Source: Oopsacas minuta | Lineage: Eukaryota; Animalia; Porifera | Direction of reading: 5' to 3' | DNA length: 64,000 nt | Assembly (NCBI GenBank): GCA_024704765.1 | Contig: JAKMXF010000011.1 | Span: forward strand, 665,557 to 729,556 | Shown: positions 63,882-64,000 of the stretch, one piece after another | How the letters are laid out: each line of letters opens with the position of its first letter | Position numbering within the stretch: position 1 is the first letter of the stretch | Notes under the pieces: generated by a model | Told to the model about the DNA's origin: nothing | Database searches by the model: none | What the model saw: only the letters and a program-made list of their open reading frames with translations | Program-made: the position numbers and the translations under genes

Positions 63882-64000
63882 ATTGTCCGAGTTGGGTAAG
63901 TTTAAATTTCTGCAAGTGTAACTTCTGGCTTGTTTCTTGAGATTTTTCACAAAGTGCGTGTGGTAGGAGAGAAGTATATTTTGCAATTTGTACAACCACG

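Overview
AT-rich (about 35% GC by eye), very gene-dense eukaryotic DNA with canonical GT-AG introns, many only 45-70 nt long. The gene set (plexin, Dachs-type myosin, B4GALNT3/4-like, COX6C, motile-cilia genes) is animal. The compactness and divergence suggest a non-bilaterian, most plausibly a glass sponge such as Oopsacas; this is inference only. I can support about 23 protein-coding genes: the 3' tip of CFAP43 (+); then ten minus-strand genes (calcineurin A, COX6C, SAP18, IDH1, plexin, NCAPH2, ATP5MG, COX6A, a 2-TM orphan, DNAJB13); then eleven plus-strand genes (B4GALNT3/4-like, DNAAF3, STAG, PPIG-like, BBS9, NFYA, Dachs, SRD5A3, copine, a Tyr-Pro heptad-repeat protein, AAK1/BMP2K). SAMD8/SMSr is nested antisense in a kinase intron. 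Several TA-flanked MITE families fill the longer introns. The main observation is the architecture: two long co-oriented gene blocks diverge from a switch region at about 26.4-28.9 kb, spacers are as short as 138 nt, and a recurrent TAG|C acceptor-like motif lies just upstream of start codons. Together these suggest, but do not prove, operon-like transcription resolved by spliced-leader trans-splicing. Protein-level oddities include a plexin lacking its second GAP arginine, a pseudo-motor Dachs myosin and a myristoylated CTD-like heptad-repeat protein. I found no tRNA, rRNA or CRISPR arrays. Exon boundaries were read by hand and should be checked with RNA-seq.
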